Assembly: GCA_051294905.1 (NCBI GenBank)
Contig: CM119372.1
Span: 12,216,001 to 12,280,000 of the forward strand
Origin: Botryllus schlosseri
Lineage: Eukaryota
Length of the DNA: 64,000 nucleotides
Direction of reading: 5' to 3'
Made by a program: the position numbers and the translations under genes. Below are positions 48,250 through 61,800 of this stretch, piece after piece (the stretch's first letter is position 1; each line of letters starts with the position of its first letter). The notes below the pieces were generated by a model. It saw only the letters and a list, made by a program, of their open reading frames with translations, searched no databases and was not told the origin of the DNA.

Positions 48250-49837
48250 ATCCATACTATAAACCCTATCTTTTTCGCTACGGCGGTACAGATTGATTGG
48301 CGCAAATTATTGATGTAAATGGCGAACGTCAGGGATTGTAAAAGAAAGAAGGTAGCTCACTTCATATTCTGCATTTGACATGGCACGCAACAAATGCTTC
48401 CAATGATTTTTTCTTATATCTGGGAAGATATCACAGCCTGAATAAGCATGAATTTGAATACAGATGGGAAAATTTTCAGTCTGGAGTTTATTATTAAGGG
48501 TGGAGACCAGTTCCGCTGCTGTTGAGTAGTGATTCGCATGTTGCCCGTCCCTGCTATAGGCTCTATTATACTGCCAAGCGAGTTTGCTAAATTGAAGTTT
48601 GTTTAAAAGTGTCCGTAGCTTTCACATATAACTTGTCCGCAATGAGGTGTAGGCTACTTTTTTACAGGAACACTTGTGCCATTGTGACCGGGTGACTCAT
48701 TTCTCTAATCAATGAACATGGACAATTGGACAAGCACCCATGGCGCGTTATGGCACGCTGTCTAAGTCAAAGACTACGTCGCGTTCCCTCTGCGGTCCGC
48801 AACAGAGAGTCGGCGAATACGTTGGCCGGCTTGCACTTTAATTGAGCAACAGTAAACATCAGCAGCATTTGACGTGAGCAGCGGATAAGAACGGCATCGC
48901 TAAATCGTCAGATAAAAGAATGCGGGTAGGTTGATCGGCATATAAAAAGGCACGTTGGTCGCTCGGCGCAGGGCGCAGCACTCGTCGAACGACGGACTTT
49001 AATGCGGACAGAGCTCCGAACAATCGGCGCCAATGATTATTATGGTGATTGGCGCACTGATCTGCCATATACCCAATTTCTTGCATTTTCGAAATGAGAT
49101 ATAAAGAGCTAATATGTGTGACGGACGGGCAGAAAACTTGTCAAGGAACGGCACCGGTCCGTGGTGGTTGGGAACCACTGCATTAGGCAACGTAAATAGC
49201 AGAGCATGAACATGACCAATGTCACTGTTATATATGGAGTGAATACCATAGTGTGACGCTATTTTAATACTAATAATATTTGTACGCCTAGCTAGGTATT
49301 TGCTTGCGATTGGTTGACAGGGAATGTCATTTTAACCCCATTTAATACCGACTTAGCTGTGTCAATGATATATATACATATCATTGGTTGTGTGTACTGC
49401 AATGTGGATTGTCTATTTCGAAAAGAGAAAAGTACTACTACAACAACCGGTTTGTAGTTCATTTTTCGGGATGTTACAATCTTGGGATATTGATATTGGG
49501 AATATCCGGACGAATGTTATTTTATGGAATATTATTTATAGGTCAGTGAGTTACGTTCGCTGATTGAACTTTGAACTGCATGCTCGACTGCATATTTGGA
49601 AGCCGAATCCAAGGCAACAGGTATACTGCGAAGCCAGAAACACAAGGCTTTCTGAATCGTGTATCAGTTTCCCGATCCATTTCAAACACACGATATCATG
49701 CGTTCTGTCACTGTCACTGCCGCTCTTATGCAAATAAATAAAATTTAAAATAATACGTATTCACGCACCGGGAAGTTTTGTTGATCATTTCCTTTGTGGC
49801 CGACGGTGCCACTGGTAGAAAGGTATAGAACCAAAAG

Positions 49838-52800
49838 ATGACGATGGAGATTATAGAAGTCAACATACCTGTTGGGATTTCTGCTGATGTTGATGTGTTC
49901 GAGAATCTTAAAAGGAGTAAACTGGCGCGGGCTCAGGAGCAAACGAGAGAGGAGCTATCCCTCATAAAAGAAAGACTACAGCGGGTAAGATCAAATTTCA
50001 CTTGCGGATCAAATTCCCATACACTATGAAGGTAGATTACATTACTGCATGGATTCCAGTGGCCTTTAAATCATTAGCCTACTTCTACCCGAACAGTATC
50101 ATTCAACGAAGTACAACACACTGTATAAGGTTTATATATGTCAACTTATTCAACTCGAATATACATCTATGCCCTGATTATTATCATTATCAGTCATAAA
50201 CCAGCAGATACTTTGTACAGTTGCATCATAAAAAGTTATATTGGGTTTGTTGGGATTCTACCAAGACATTTATTTATACGCCTGTCCATATTTTGATGTT
50301 GTTTTTCTTCCAGGCATTTGACGATTATGAACTTGGAGAAAAGATGTTTTCCCAGCCTCCTGCTGGATCCAATATAGAATTCTTGGCAGACATGGTGAGA
50401 CCACTATTCAATTTTAGTACTATTCCAAAAGAACTGTTGCATGAAAACACGGTTAAGATAAATCAACTATGGAAAATCATATATTCTTTATGTATGGTAC
50501 ATCGTATGGATTGCATTACTTAAAATTACGGGACGACCCTGATTTCCACACTTTGTTCAATATCTCTTTCAATGTTAACAGGCTGAGCTGCAATCTATTG
50601 TTAACGATACGATTAAAAAGAACAAATATCAGCAGAAGTTGACAATTTTTATTGTCGGTTTTCAACAAACCTGTTCTCAACGGCTGCAATTGCTGAATCA
50701 AATTTCAGAGGTATGGAAATTCAATTTAATGCGCTTGTTTACACTTTCAATACTTGGTTCCGATATATGAAGCCCCAAAAAACACTAAACTGGCCTACAA
50801 GAAGACTTATAATGCTTTGAAGTGGCACCATAGGAATACGGTTGATTTTTACTTTACGCAATATAATAAGAAATATTGGAGTATATATTAGCATTGTCAT
50901 ATATATTTTGGTGCCATTCTTAAGATCACTCGACTCATAGTTCAAATTAGTTATAAACCGGTATTTAAATTCCGTTAGCCACTGTTTTTTGTACTCAATG
51001 AGTAAAAACTGAAAATAAAAACCAACATATAATTGTTATCCATCTCACAAAGTAATTGCTGAATGAATGTAATTATTTTATATCATCAGCTAGCATTATG
51101 AGATTTTGACTTTTATATGCATTTTCTTATTCTTATATTTCTGGTAACCTTGATAATATCCTACCTTTCTGGCTGAGTATCAGTGTATCGCTAGTGCATA
51201 TCCCACAATAATTTACCTTTGTCCTAGACCTTCACGCAGACGGGACTTGTGATAAAGTGCTATACTTGACTTTGAATAAAAATAGCTGCTTGCAATATTT
51301 AGTGAACACCGTAGTCAACTTGAAGGTTCATTTTATGGATAAAGGCTATTTTCATATGATAATTTCCGGTACTGAAAGAATCTGAACTAGATTTTCCTAT
51401 CATTGAAGTTCTTTGAAACGTACGGCGCGCCAGAGGAAGTCGATGACGTTGCTGAAGATAGCTTGCAAGGGCTCGACGTTGTGCAAATTAACGAAAACAT
51501 ACAAACGGCGCTCGATACGATGGACTCGGCTTTCGTAAAATTGAACGACATAAATCACGGTATTGTGGAATGCATGAATACGATGCACTCTGCTCTGTCG
51601 AGTAAATCGATGAAGTAAGCTCGCATGCGCGTTCTCTCTGGAACTTCTGCTTTAACCTTTTATTCTCACAGGAACAGAAAGAAAATGGAACGAAGTCTGG
51701 AACTTGCCAAAGAAGATGTTTTAAAGGCGACTGATAAATTGCAGGCAGCTCAACAAGGTTTTGTATGAATTATTTCATATAATTAACTTCATGTGAATTA
51801 CGTTATGTCATCATGTACCATCGCAATGAATAATATTCTGTCGGGTTGTATTGCTCCGAATACTGTCTTGAAAGTTTGATCTACAGACCGTTCAAGTAGA
51901 AGTGGAAGTACTCTGAAAACAACCATTCTAGAAAGTACTGCAAGTATGCAAAGCTTTCTTGAGTACTACGAAAAAGTAGAAGTACCTTGTTAGTGACCAT
52001 CTCTAATCCCGAGCATAGATTCCGTCAGTCTATTCGTAACAACTATGCGGTTTCAGAAATCAAAACCAAAGAGGATCAAAATAAAAAGCTCAGCAAGCTC
52101 ATGGAAAACAAAAGTAAAGACATAGCAAGCCTGAGACAGCAATTGGACAATCTCAAAGTTTGTTCTCAATCATGAAGAGCATTGACACGCAACGCTTCAT
52201 TTTTGTCACCGTTAAATAATTCTAGAAAGAGTTGGAGTCTGCCCGGAAGGAGGCAAACCATGGCCGGTTCATGTTCGAAGATGAATTGCGGAAGTTGCGA
52301 GGACAGATAGCAGTTCAGGAACGGCAATTGCAAGAATTTCAAAGTCAGAAGTCGGTTTCTCTACACGCTCAAACCGAAGACATCCTTAATGCGTCACTGG
52401 TAGGGAACATGTATGCGCACTGTGCATTGCTCAATCGTGAATCGATTACTACAGTCCGTGCTATGATCCTTGAGTCTCTGAGTTTTGGTTGAAGGGATTG
52501 AAGCTTTATTAATCATAATATTGATATTAATATTAATCGTTGCAATCCTATGCTTCCTCAGAGCAAATTGAACATTATAAGGCAATGATGTAGGCCAGTG
52601 TCTCCCAATCTTTTTTGAGCTACCGCCCCCTGGACCACGAATAAAGTGCCACCGGCCCCCAACACCCCCCTCACCACGCGTCATCATAAAACGAAAGTTG
52701 TTTTGCATTTAATACAGCTAATAATTAGATGAATGAAGCTGGTGTATCATTATCATCATTCTCGTCATATTGGATTTGACTTTTGATAGGAACAATATCA

Positions 52801-55800
52801 GTCTAAAATCTCCAGTGTTCACTTCATGTAGGCCTACTGGCAAGTCGGTTTCTGGTGTGAGTCAGGAACTTGGTCACGGCGCTGAGAACACGTTCTATCA
52901 AATATGAGCGGAGACGGGCAACGACGAAAAAGTCAACCCGACTCCTGTGAGAGTGTTTATTTTTTATTCAATTGTGTATCCAGAATAATCAATCAACCAA
53001 AAGTTCAATATCTTCAATCAATCGAACTCAAAATTGTTCTACAGTACAATTAGGGTTACCATATTTTGGGAATCTGAGAAGAGGAAGCTTTTTCAAAATG
53101 TTCAGACTTACGATGCTGGAATAAATTCCGGAAAAAATGATAAATTTTTTTCGAGTTAGTGGCTGGTTGACTAAGAAAAAGGTCATTTTTCCTGGCTCAG
53201 GTCCCCAAAAAACCGCCAGACCGTTACCCGAGCGCTGATTTCCTATATCTCAGTCCAATATCCACGTACATTTAACCAGAATTTTCAAAAAATAGGACAA
53301 ATTCTCAAAAAAGAGGACAAAAGGGCGTCCTCCGAGGACACTTTCAAAAACAGGACAAATCCTCTTAAAAGAGGACGCATGGTAACCCTAACTACAATGT
53401 AATCAGCTGTTCAAACATTTCATGTCTGAAAACTACACAAAATGGATTGATTATTCGGTGAGGAATTTCTAATTCGAATGTATCCTGGAACCGAATAACC
53501 ATCCCCGTGTAATTTTGTGAGAGGATTGATTCATGTTTCTCCATTAAAATCAGGTGTCGAGCTGGACTGATAGCTTAAAGCAAACTTGCGAATTGGAGCA
53601 GTTGTCGTGTCGCAAAATTCCGGTGAATTATCACTGACTTGTCACCGAATACGGACAGTGCCATGTTCACCTTTATCATTACTAAGAACGGATATATTCT
53701 ACCCTTAAATTTTGAGAAATACGACCGTCAAGTAGGAGTGATGTCGTTTCTCGCAACCAGAACGCCGTGTCGAAGGCCACGTTTACAGCGCTGTGAAAAA
53801 TCCACAATCGTTTGAAACAGATAATAAAATCACGTAAGACAGTTTCTCTTACAAAGCCATCACATCTTGCAGTGAGCAATAACTGCTCAAATATACTTCG
53901 TAGTTCTCACAGCAGCACACAATGAACCGCGCTTTTCGAGGATGCTGCCGACTGCTAAATTAGTCTATTGATGAGCAGGAATAACATTGTCAAGTAACAA
54001 TGGACTTTTCCGGTACAGCTGAATAAATAGACAGACGACCCTAAATTGCCTTACTGAATATATTATGCATTTTTACTGCGAACCTAGCTGCTTTAATAAT
54101 CAATCGTTTCAACACTATACGCAATAGTTGCCTTCTAAACCTACACCGTCCACATTTGCTCTCAGCGCCCCCCTACCACCCAATTTTTTTAGCCAGCGCC
54201 CCCCAATCGCCCATTTCATGGTCAGCGCCCCCTTCACGCTCACGAACGCCCCCATGGGGCGCTGGCGCCCACTTTGGGAACCACTGATGTAGACAGATAT
54301 GGTGGTGCGATGATAGTTTATGTCAATAAAAGTCACGTCTCTTAATTACTAAACAATGTGAACATATTTATATGAATGGCTTCATCACGGTGGTGTAGTA
54401 TCTCATTCCTGCATTCGGTATGAACTGAAGGTACTTGAAGGTACTTGCTTTTTGTGAAATTTTTTCATGATTTTGCTTTCTATTCTGTAATATTGTCTTT
54501 CAAGATTGGATTTTGATAAAATGGCACACTACTTGAGACTACAAAGAGTTGCTAGATCATCGTATGACCCGTTACACTTCAGTAGAAAAAGGAACTCACT
54601 CAACAATTAGGTACTGGTAACTTTTAAGTAAACTGAATAATTAACACACAGGAAGAGCTGGTGCGATTGAAGGGTTCCGTAACAGATGATGAACAAGATC
54701 AGATTAACTTTCGCAAAGGTAACTGGATTTTTGACTGCACTTTGTTACATGGATCGTGTGATCATATAAATTTTAGACAAATCCTGCAGCAACCCAGTAT
54801 GTAATCAATAAATTAGCCTTCATTTGTGGGTAGAGTGTAAAACTGTAATTGATATTTTGATGTATCTATATATAGCTATTGGTATATCAGGCCCTAGCAT
54901 TCCATTCATATGATCCTGATTCAGCTTCTTGGTAACATTTACAATTGCTGTGGTAATACTGTATCGTATCTTTCTGTGAGCTTCTCTTGTACTTTGTAAC
55001 TGGATTTGATTTTAAGCACCCAGTTCGTTCAATCATTATGCGTGAATGTTAATCGCTGTGTTTAGTACATTTACAAAAATTCTGTATCTTGTTTTAGTTG
55101 GGTTTTCCATGTGACATTTGACTGACACAATCCAAGATTATACGGTTATACTCTCCTTATAAAAGTTTTTGCTTCTGACATAGATACTGCTTTTTATGAC
55201 ATCTCGTATTGTACTCTAAAATCAAAGTCATTCTGAAATTGTAATCAAGCAGTATCGGGTAAGGTATCAACATGTGTTCGTGTATACACTAAGTAAGACA
55301 CGTCTTTCTACTGCCTTAAATATAAATTTCTCATAATGTCCCTAAATTCCTCTGTATTCAGAAATAAGTCTGCAGTATCGAGTGCAGAGTCGGCAGATAC
55401 AATACCTACAGTCGGAAGAGCTGGAACAAGTGCTATTTAACTACAGGAAGAGATTATCGCAAGCATTGGTAAAGATTTTTCCAAATATCTGTTTACCCTT
55501 CAAGCTATATTTGCTGATACGCATTTGGTTAGCAATCACGCACTTGCCTTACCCCACCGTAATTACCTACTAAGACTGAAGTGAAGTATCCCGATAGAAA
55601 CCGCACTCGCTGTTGCTATTAACCTACTTCAAGTACATAATGTGATATCATAACTCTTAAACAGTTCTTATGATGTTTGTCATACACTTCATGATGTATG
55701 ATTTACTAACTCCTTGCCATACATCTCATCAGGCACTAGATGATTTCACAAAACTTTTTTCTTTATATAGTCTGGACACATTCTTTTGGTGGGGAGATGA

Positions 55801-58800
55801 AACAATAGTTTCAGCCGTATCGCTGGTGTCGATTTACAAGGTTCCTTTGCTGTTCCTTAGTTACCAAAGACATGTAATGACACAGTAATCAGTAGTTTAA
55901 TGTAGCTGTGGTCTTTCAAGTGTATCATTTAATCATAAGAGGATGAGGATGTACCAGAACCACACTTTCGCTGTTTTGGATTCGTTCAAATTTACAGGAA
56001 TTCTCGTGGAATGATGATAGGTTTTTTGCGCCGGCTATACCCGTCCTTTGTTTGTTATCAATGGTTTGTTTTGTTAGCGGTCGGTATTATCTGATTTTTT
56101 TGTCATTTTGATGCTTCTGAGAGATGCTCCCTGAAATTCTATCCCGGATTGCTAGTATTGAGACGAAGAATTTTATAGCCGTGCAGTGGTACAAGAGACG
56201 ATATGAGATTAGTGTAAGACGGAAATACGGCATTGGCAGTTTTACGGAGCAGCTAAATAGGCAGGTGTATAGTCGGTTAAATATTGAAGCCTATCTTACA
56301 TGACATTTCATAGACGATTGACTTGGCAGCATTAGAAACCCTTTCCAAGAATATAATAGCATAATGTTTCGTTGTTGAAGGTGGATATATGATTTATATA
56401 TTCATACATAATTAGGTCTATAAGGCAGGCAGTATTTTTGCAGAAAACAGATATCTGCACTTTAAGTTTAGACTCCAATTGCATAGATTTCCAGATCCAC
56501 ATTATCTCTAGCAAGCTTATTCAATTCAATGTGGTTACAGCCGGGTTATGTCTTTATCGTGCTACTGCATTTCTATCAGATACTCATACTCAATCCATTG
56601 ATCGTTGTTAGAAACCTATAACTAGGCTTGCTTTTTTGCTGTGTGCAAAGCTTGCTTCATTTTGTGACTCACTAGTTCTGCTAATCAGCAATGGTAAATT
56701 GGAATAGGCTTGCTGACATGTTCCTATAGAATTCAAATAAATGCAAAAATGACTGCAATTGCTACCGCATCAACGGTTGACTTGAAGCAATTGAGAGCTG
56801 TAAGTATTTAGAGTTGTATGATACTCCGATGCTCTTGTTATAACTAACATTGCTTGCAAGTAATAACGGCGCGCTTCTAGGAAATTGAAGTAACAGAAGA
56901 TGACGTTCAGCAATGGGGTGTGGAAGAACAAGAAGAGAAGCCGCAAGAGCCAGAGGAGACGGATTCTCTGCCTCCCATGACCCCTGGATCAGGATTAGGT
57001 AAGATGGTGGTTTCTAAATTGGTTCATTTCAGTTTATTGATAATTTCATCATTTCAAAACACCACAAGATTGTGATACAATTAAAATATAGGAAGGAGTC
57101 TAAAGCACATACATATAAAGCATGCACACCGAATGGAACGTAACAGATGATAACATCAACAAGAAAAGCAATGAAATTGAAGTGGCCTGTGTTGGAAGGC
57201 GAGATCGATATCTCAGATCCCTGTCCGGTAATGTCAAGCACAGACTAGTAGTCATTCAGTGGAATCTACTTGTATTTTGTTTTTAATGAGAACTAGGCAT
57301 GCACGATGACTTTCGGATTGATTAATAATACACAACTGGTGAGGGCAGTCAATGATGTTAATCTAGATGTGTAAACTTTTTTTCGGATATTCACGGAAGC
57401 AATGCTCGTCGAAGTTATTGCCTGGTATTACAACAAAAGAAGAAGTTTGAGACGCAATGTCCTAAAGTTGTATTGACCCATGTCCCGTCTATTGGAAATG
57501 CTTACGCGAAGCTGATCAGATAAGAAGGCACAATTTCATAGGCAGATGTTGTGAAAATCTACCGAAGTACCAATCTATCCAATAAAGTCTTGATAAAGCT
57601 TATAACCTGTTGCAATAGCAGTGGTGTGGAAAGGAAATCGCTCAAGAGGCAGTGAATGTAGACTGTAGAGCAGTGGTTGCCACTTTTTAGAGGCCGCTGG
57701 ACATATGAATTCAATATCGGGATAAAATAAGCCACACAGTCTAACAGCCACTATTTTTAAACTTTACAACATCGCTACAATGCTGTGATCTCTAACATGG
57801 GCGGCGGACATAGTTATACAAACGAAATAAAATTTTATTAAAGAAATACAACAAAAATATCATGATCATTACTGTCATTCTATTTTAAACTATGAGCTGC
57901 GGGAGATACCTGAAAACAATTTTCAGCGACTAAATAATCGATATTAGGGTTAGCTAGACACGGTACTTGCTAGAAAACTATCTCCTCGTAAATCTTGATC
58001 TTGTGAAGAAGCCTCAGGTCGAGAGAGAGAGATATGGTATTCTTTTTCGCCTGCACCGTCGAGATGCTTTGACGACGGAGATGCGATGCGGCCATTATAG
58101 TAAGGTCATCTAGTCTGTACCCCCGTTTTTTTTCTCCTCCATGCTATCCTTGATTGCCGAGCGCCTAGCAGGATAGCTGCGGTCTACGGATACCAGTTTT
58201 CGAGTCTTTGGTCTGACCCGGCCGGGGATTGAACCCACGACCTACTGATCGAGAAGCCAGACGCATCACCATTACACTATCTCGCTCGGTCGTTTTCTAC
58301 ATGTCTTGGTCTTGGCAGTGTCTGGGACATTGCACGTCAAGTTAATGTACCCCGTCATATCAGCTAATTGTTCATCCATGAAATGCTATTACCATCGCCG
58401 AAGCTGTATCAGTTAGTGAGGAATAATGATGTTGGGCACAGGGGAATAGCTTGTGAACAACAACAACAATATCTTTAAATTACAGTTAATTTTAGCATTT
58501 TAGCATTCTTTGTAAATCTCAAATCATGTCGCGGGTCGCAAAATATGACCAGCTGTAGAGGATCGATCACATCTCTGGAAATTTACAGTTCGGGTTGGGC
58601 ATTTTGATTTATTTTCAGATAACGGGTTCGTCACGCCCGGTTCGGGACAGATTTCAGAAAACGAGTCATCCCTGACGTCGATGAGACGGCGGATATCGAC
58701 CGATATCGCACCACTACCGCAGCCTATCGATTTGACAGATGACGAATTCTGGGTATGATTACCGCTTTACGCAGCGAACATTCTTTCGAGTTGCTGTCTT

Positions 58801-61800
58801 TCTAGGACAACCTGTCTGAAAGAGAACTTTCCGCACACTTCGCCGAGTATCGACTCGAAGCCTTGCGGCAAATTCAGGAATTGCGAGACGCCTGTTCGCA
58901 GGCTCCCGATGATGAAATGATGCAGCGACACAGCGAGGATAAAAAGAAATGGAAGAGCGAAAAGTCTACTCTGCTCGGTCATATCCAACAGTTGCAAAAA
59001 CTTCAAGTCTGTGATATCGTTGAGATTGTTGCAGCCGGCCGCTAACTAACTTTTTTTTGCAGGAGGAGGCGGAATTAGACGCAAACGAGGCTATGAAGCA
59101 ACTGGAAGAAGTCACTGCCCAATTGGATGAGGTGCAAGGATCTATAGATAGAGGTAACTTTAACTAGATTTTTTTGTTCAGGGGTTCTCAGTAGGGGGCC
59201 ATCGCGCTGTTTTCAGTGTTGCATAAAGCTCACGTGGTAATTTTACCCAGCCAGCCATTTAAATAGCATCGCATGTAAAAAAACTTCTATTCTTCTGTGC
59301 CAAACTTTGTTTGTGCAATGTTTTGGATATTTCTTTCAGTATTGATAGCAAAAATACGACGTAACCAATTGCAGTCACAATTGTAAATGTCACAGGCACC
59401 CAGGATCAGTCTTGACCCGTGTGGACTTCCTTTGACTAATGCATTGACAAATCAGATTTTACGAATTCAGTGACAAAAATCAGCATACTACATCAATTTT
59501 ATCACATTTGATAGAGTCCGTTATTCAAAGCCGCTAATAGTAATAAAACTCAGCTTTTTTCTCTTACTGATTTACAATTTCTCAGCCGTACCAGTCCCAT
59601 GAAATTGTGTTGTCCCTGCTGAGTTAAGCGGCCGATGGAAGCTTTTTTCTCTTACTGATTTACAATTTCTCAGCCGTACCAGTCCCATGAAATTTTGTTG
59701 TCCCTGCTCAGTTAAGCGGCCGATGGACTGTCACTGATTGCAAAAATGGAAAAAATAAGAAAACCAACAATTTGACCGTTGACATGAATTGACCGTCGTC
59801 ATTTTATTTTGTAGCGGGCGAACAGACAAAACAAGACGAAGCTGCCGGTCAAGAAACTGAAAATGAGGTCGGAGAGCTTTCCTTGGACTGCATTATTTTC
59901 ATTTGATTCCATGTAGATGTTTCCGACCGCAGGCCAGCCGCGAGCAGGGCACCAGTCCGGACATGCCGAGCTCAGCGAAGAAATCTTTTGTCGAAGAAAA
60001 ACGGGCGGCGATGTTAAAGAGGAGAGAAGATGCTTCTTCACTATACACAACAAAGGTGTAATAGTTGAAAGCTTCTGATTACTTCTCAATTTCAGATAGT
60101 CACGTGTCATTTTGTATTTACCTTGTATTCGTTGGGCTGCATCTGAAAACTCGCCTGCTGCAAAACCCACGTTTCATTTTGTTTATCTTTGTTTTTGTTG
60201 CTTTTCAATTTTACTCTTTCAAAACCTGAACCATCAATTTTACACGAGTTCTCAAGTATCTGAGCATTAGATGTGATTTTCCATGTAGGGAGAGAGTGGA
60301 AGAAGTGTGTTGTGTTCAATTTGGAATTGTATTTTTTCATTTTATTGCATTGATGTACTTCACCGTAAATATTATAGGAATAGGTAATGCCTTATGTATC
60401 GGTGTGTGAAAAGATGTTCACTTTTAACTCAATGCGAGTCTACTCCTGAAGCTCCCGGTGCCGGTGTGTAACTATACAAACAGTATGTGCTTCAGTGTTA
60501 TGAAAATATAGCAAAGACATTCTTGCACTTATCAAATTTAAAATTTTTATTAGGCGCAATATTTTTACCGTAAAAATTACCCCTACGTCAATGGCTGTAT
60601 GGCAACATCAATGGCATAAATAGTAGTTCAGACATTGGAATTACTCGAATACTGACATTCTTACAGGCGTCAGACTCTGGTGATATGGAGCACTTCTCCC
60701 AGTCTTACAAAAAAGTACTTGAATTTCGCGGACATGTCATGGATCTGCTGTCAAACAACTCAGCAAGCCGGCAAATGTTGGCGCAATCGCAAGAGGCCAA
60801 CGTTAATGAGGCAAGCGAAAAATTTCATAATTCTGTTTCATATTAGCACAGTATCTCTGTTACAGACAAATGGAGATGGAATGATATTAATGTTTTGAAA
60901 TAGATATATCTCCGTGGTGTGGTTAGGATACTAGTGCCAAGGTAGCATAAGCGTTTTAAACAGCGTTTTAATCAGTGTTCTGTGGAAGTCTAGTCAAAAA
61001 TCGTTTTTTAATTTGGTTAGCCAAAGTCGCTGTTATATATTAATCTTTTCATTATCGTGAAATTCTGTTTGTTGCTCCTTAGGATATTAAAAGTTGAAAA
61101 ACATAAGAATTTATTGCTCAACATTGTTATATCGCCACATTGATCATAATCATTCATCGTAATCCGTCCTTACTCAGCACTTTAAATATGCAACGTGTTA
61201 TAGGCCGACAGTATGATGCTGCACATTCAGACGACCTTAACAAATGTCGAGTCCGCCGTGCAAACTCTTGTTCAAAATCTCCAAGACAGTAATTCCGCGA
61301 ACCAACGCATTGCCTACGAGTCGGAAGATTATCCGGGCAAAGTTGCAGAGCTACATGTAAGTAATACACAAGTTTGTAAGATGCGTTGTACGTTATTGAT
61401 GCTATTGCTCGAAACAGTCCGAGATGCAAGCGATGCGACTTGAATACGAAAGGCGAAGTCAGCGAGACTCTGAACTGATACAGCAACTGCAGCATTCGCT
61501 CGCCAATCTCAAGCAGGACAACATTCCAAACAATGTAAGAGTACATAGTTTGGGTATTGTGTGTGACCCACGGCGATAGTGGTTAAGTATCCCTCTCCAG
61601 TCCATACCGTGATGCAAAAGGCTGTGGGTGTATCGTTACTGATATTCATATCCTTACTTCGAGACTGGAAGATCGAAGCCGGAAATATTGGAAACAAAAG
61701 CTTCGAGTATTATAACCGTCAGCGTATGAGAGAAATACCCGATTTTCGCAGCAAATTATGGGCTGAAAATGCGGTTTCATTTATATCGCTCAATATTCAA

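Noticed and set aside
48500..49180. Complete hAT element ending GGTTGGGAACCACTG at 49180
   Set aside because: I could not find a matching left TIR or TSD, so it was left unannotated as a fragment.
47658..49838. Operon or polycistronic arrangement of the co-oriented genes
   Set aside because: Intergenic gaps are 2-3 kb with TE fragments and a candidate polyA signal, and nothing in the sequence shows trans-splicing.
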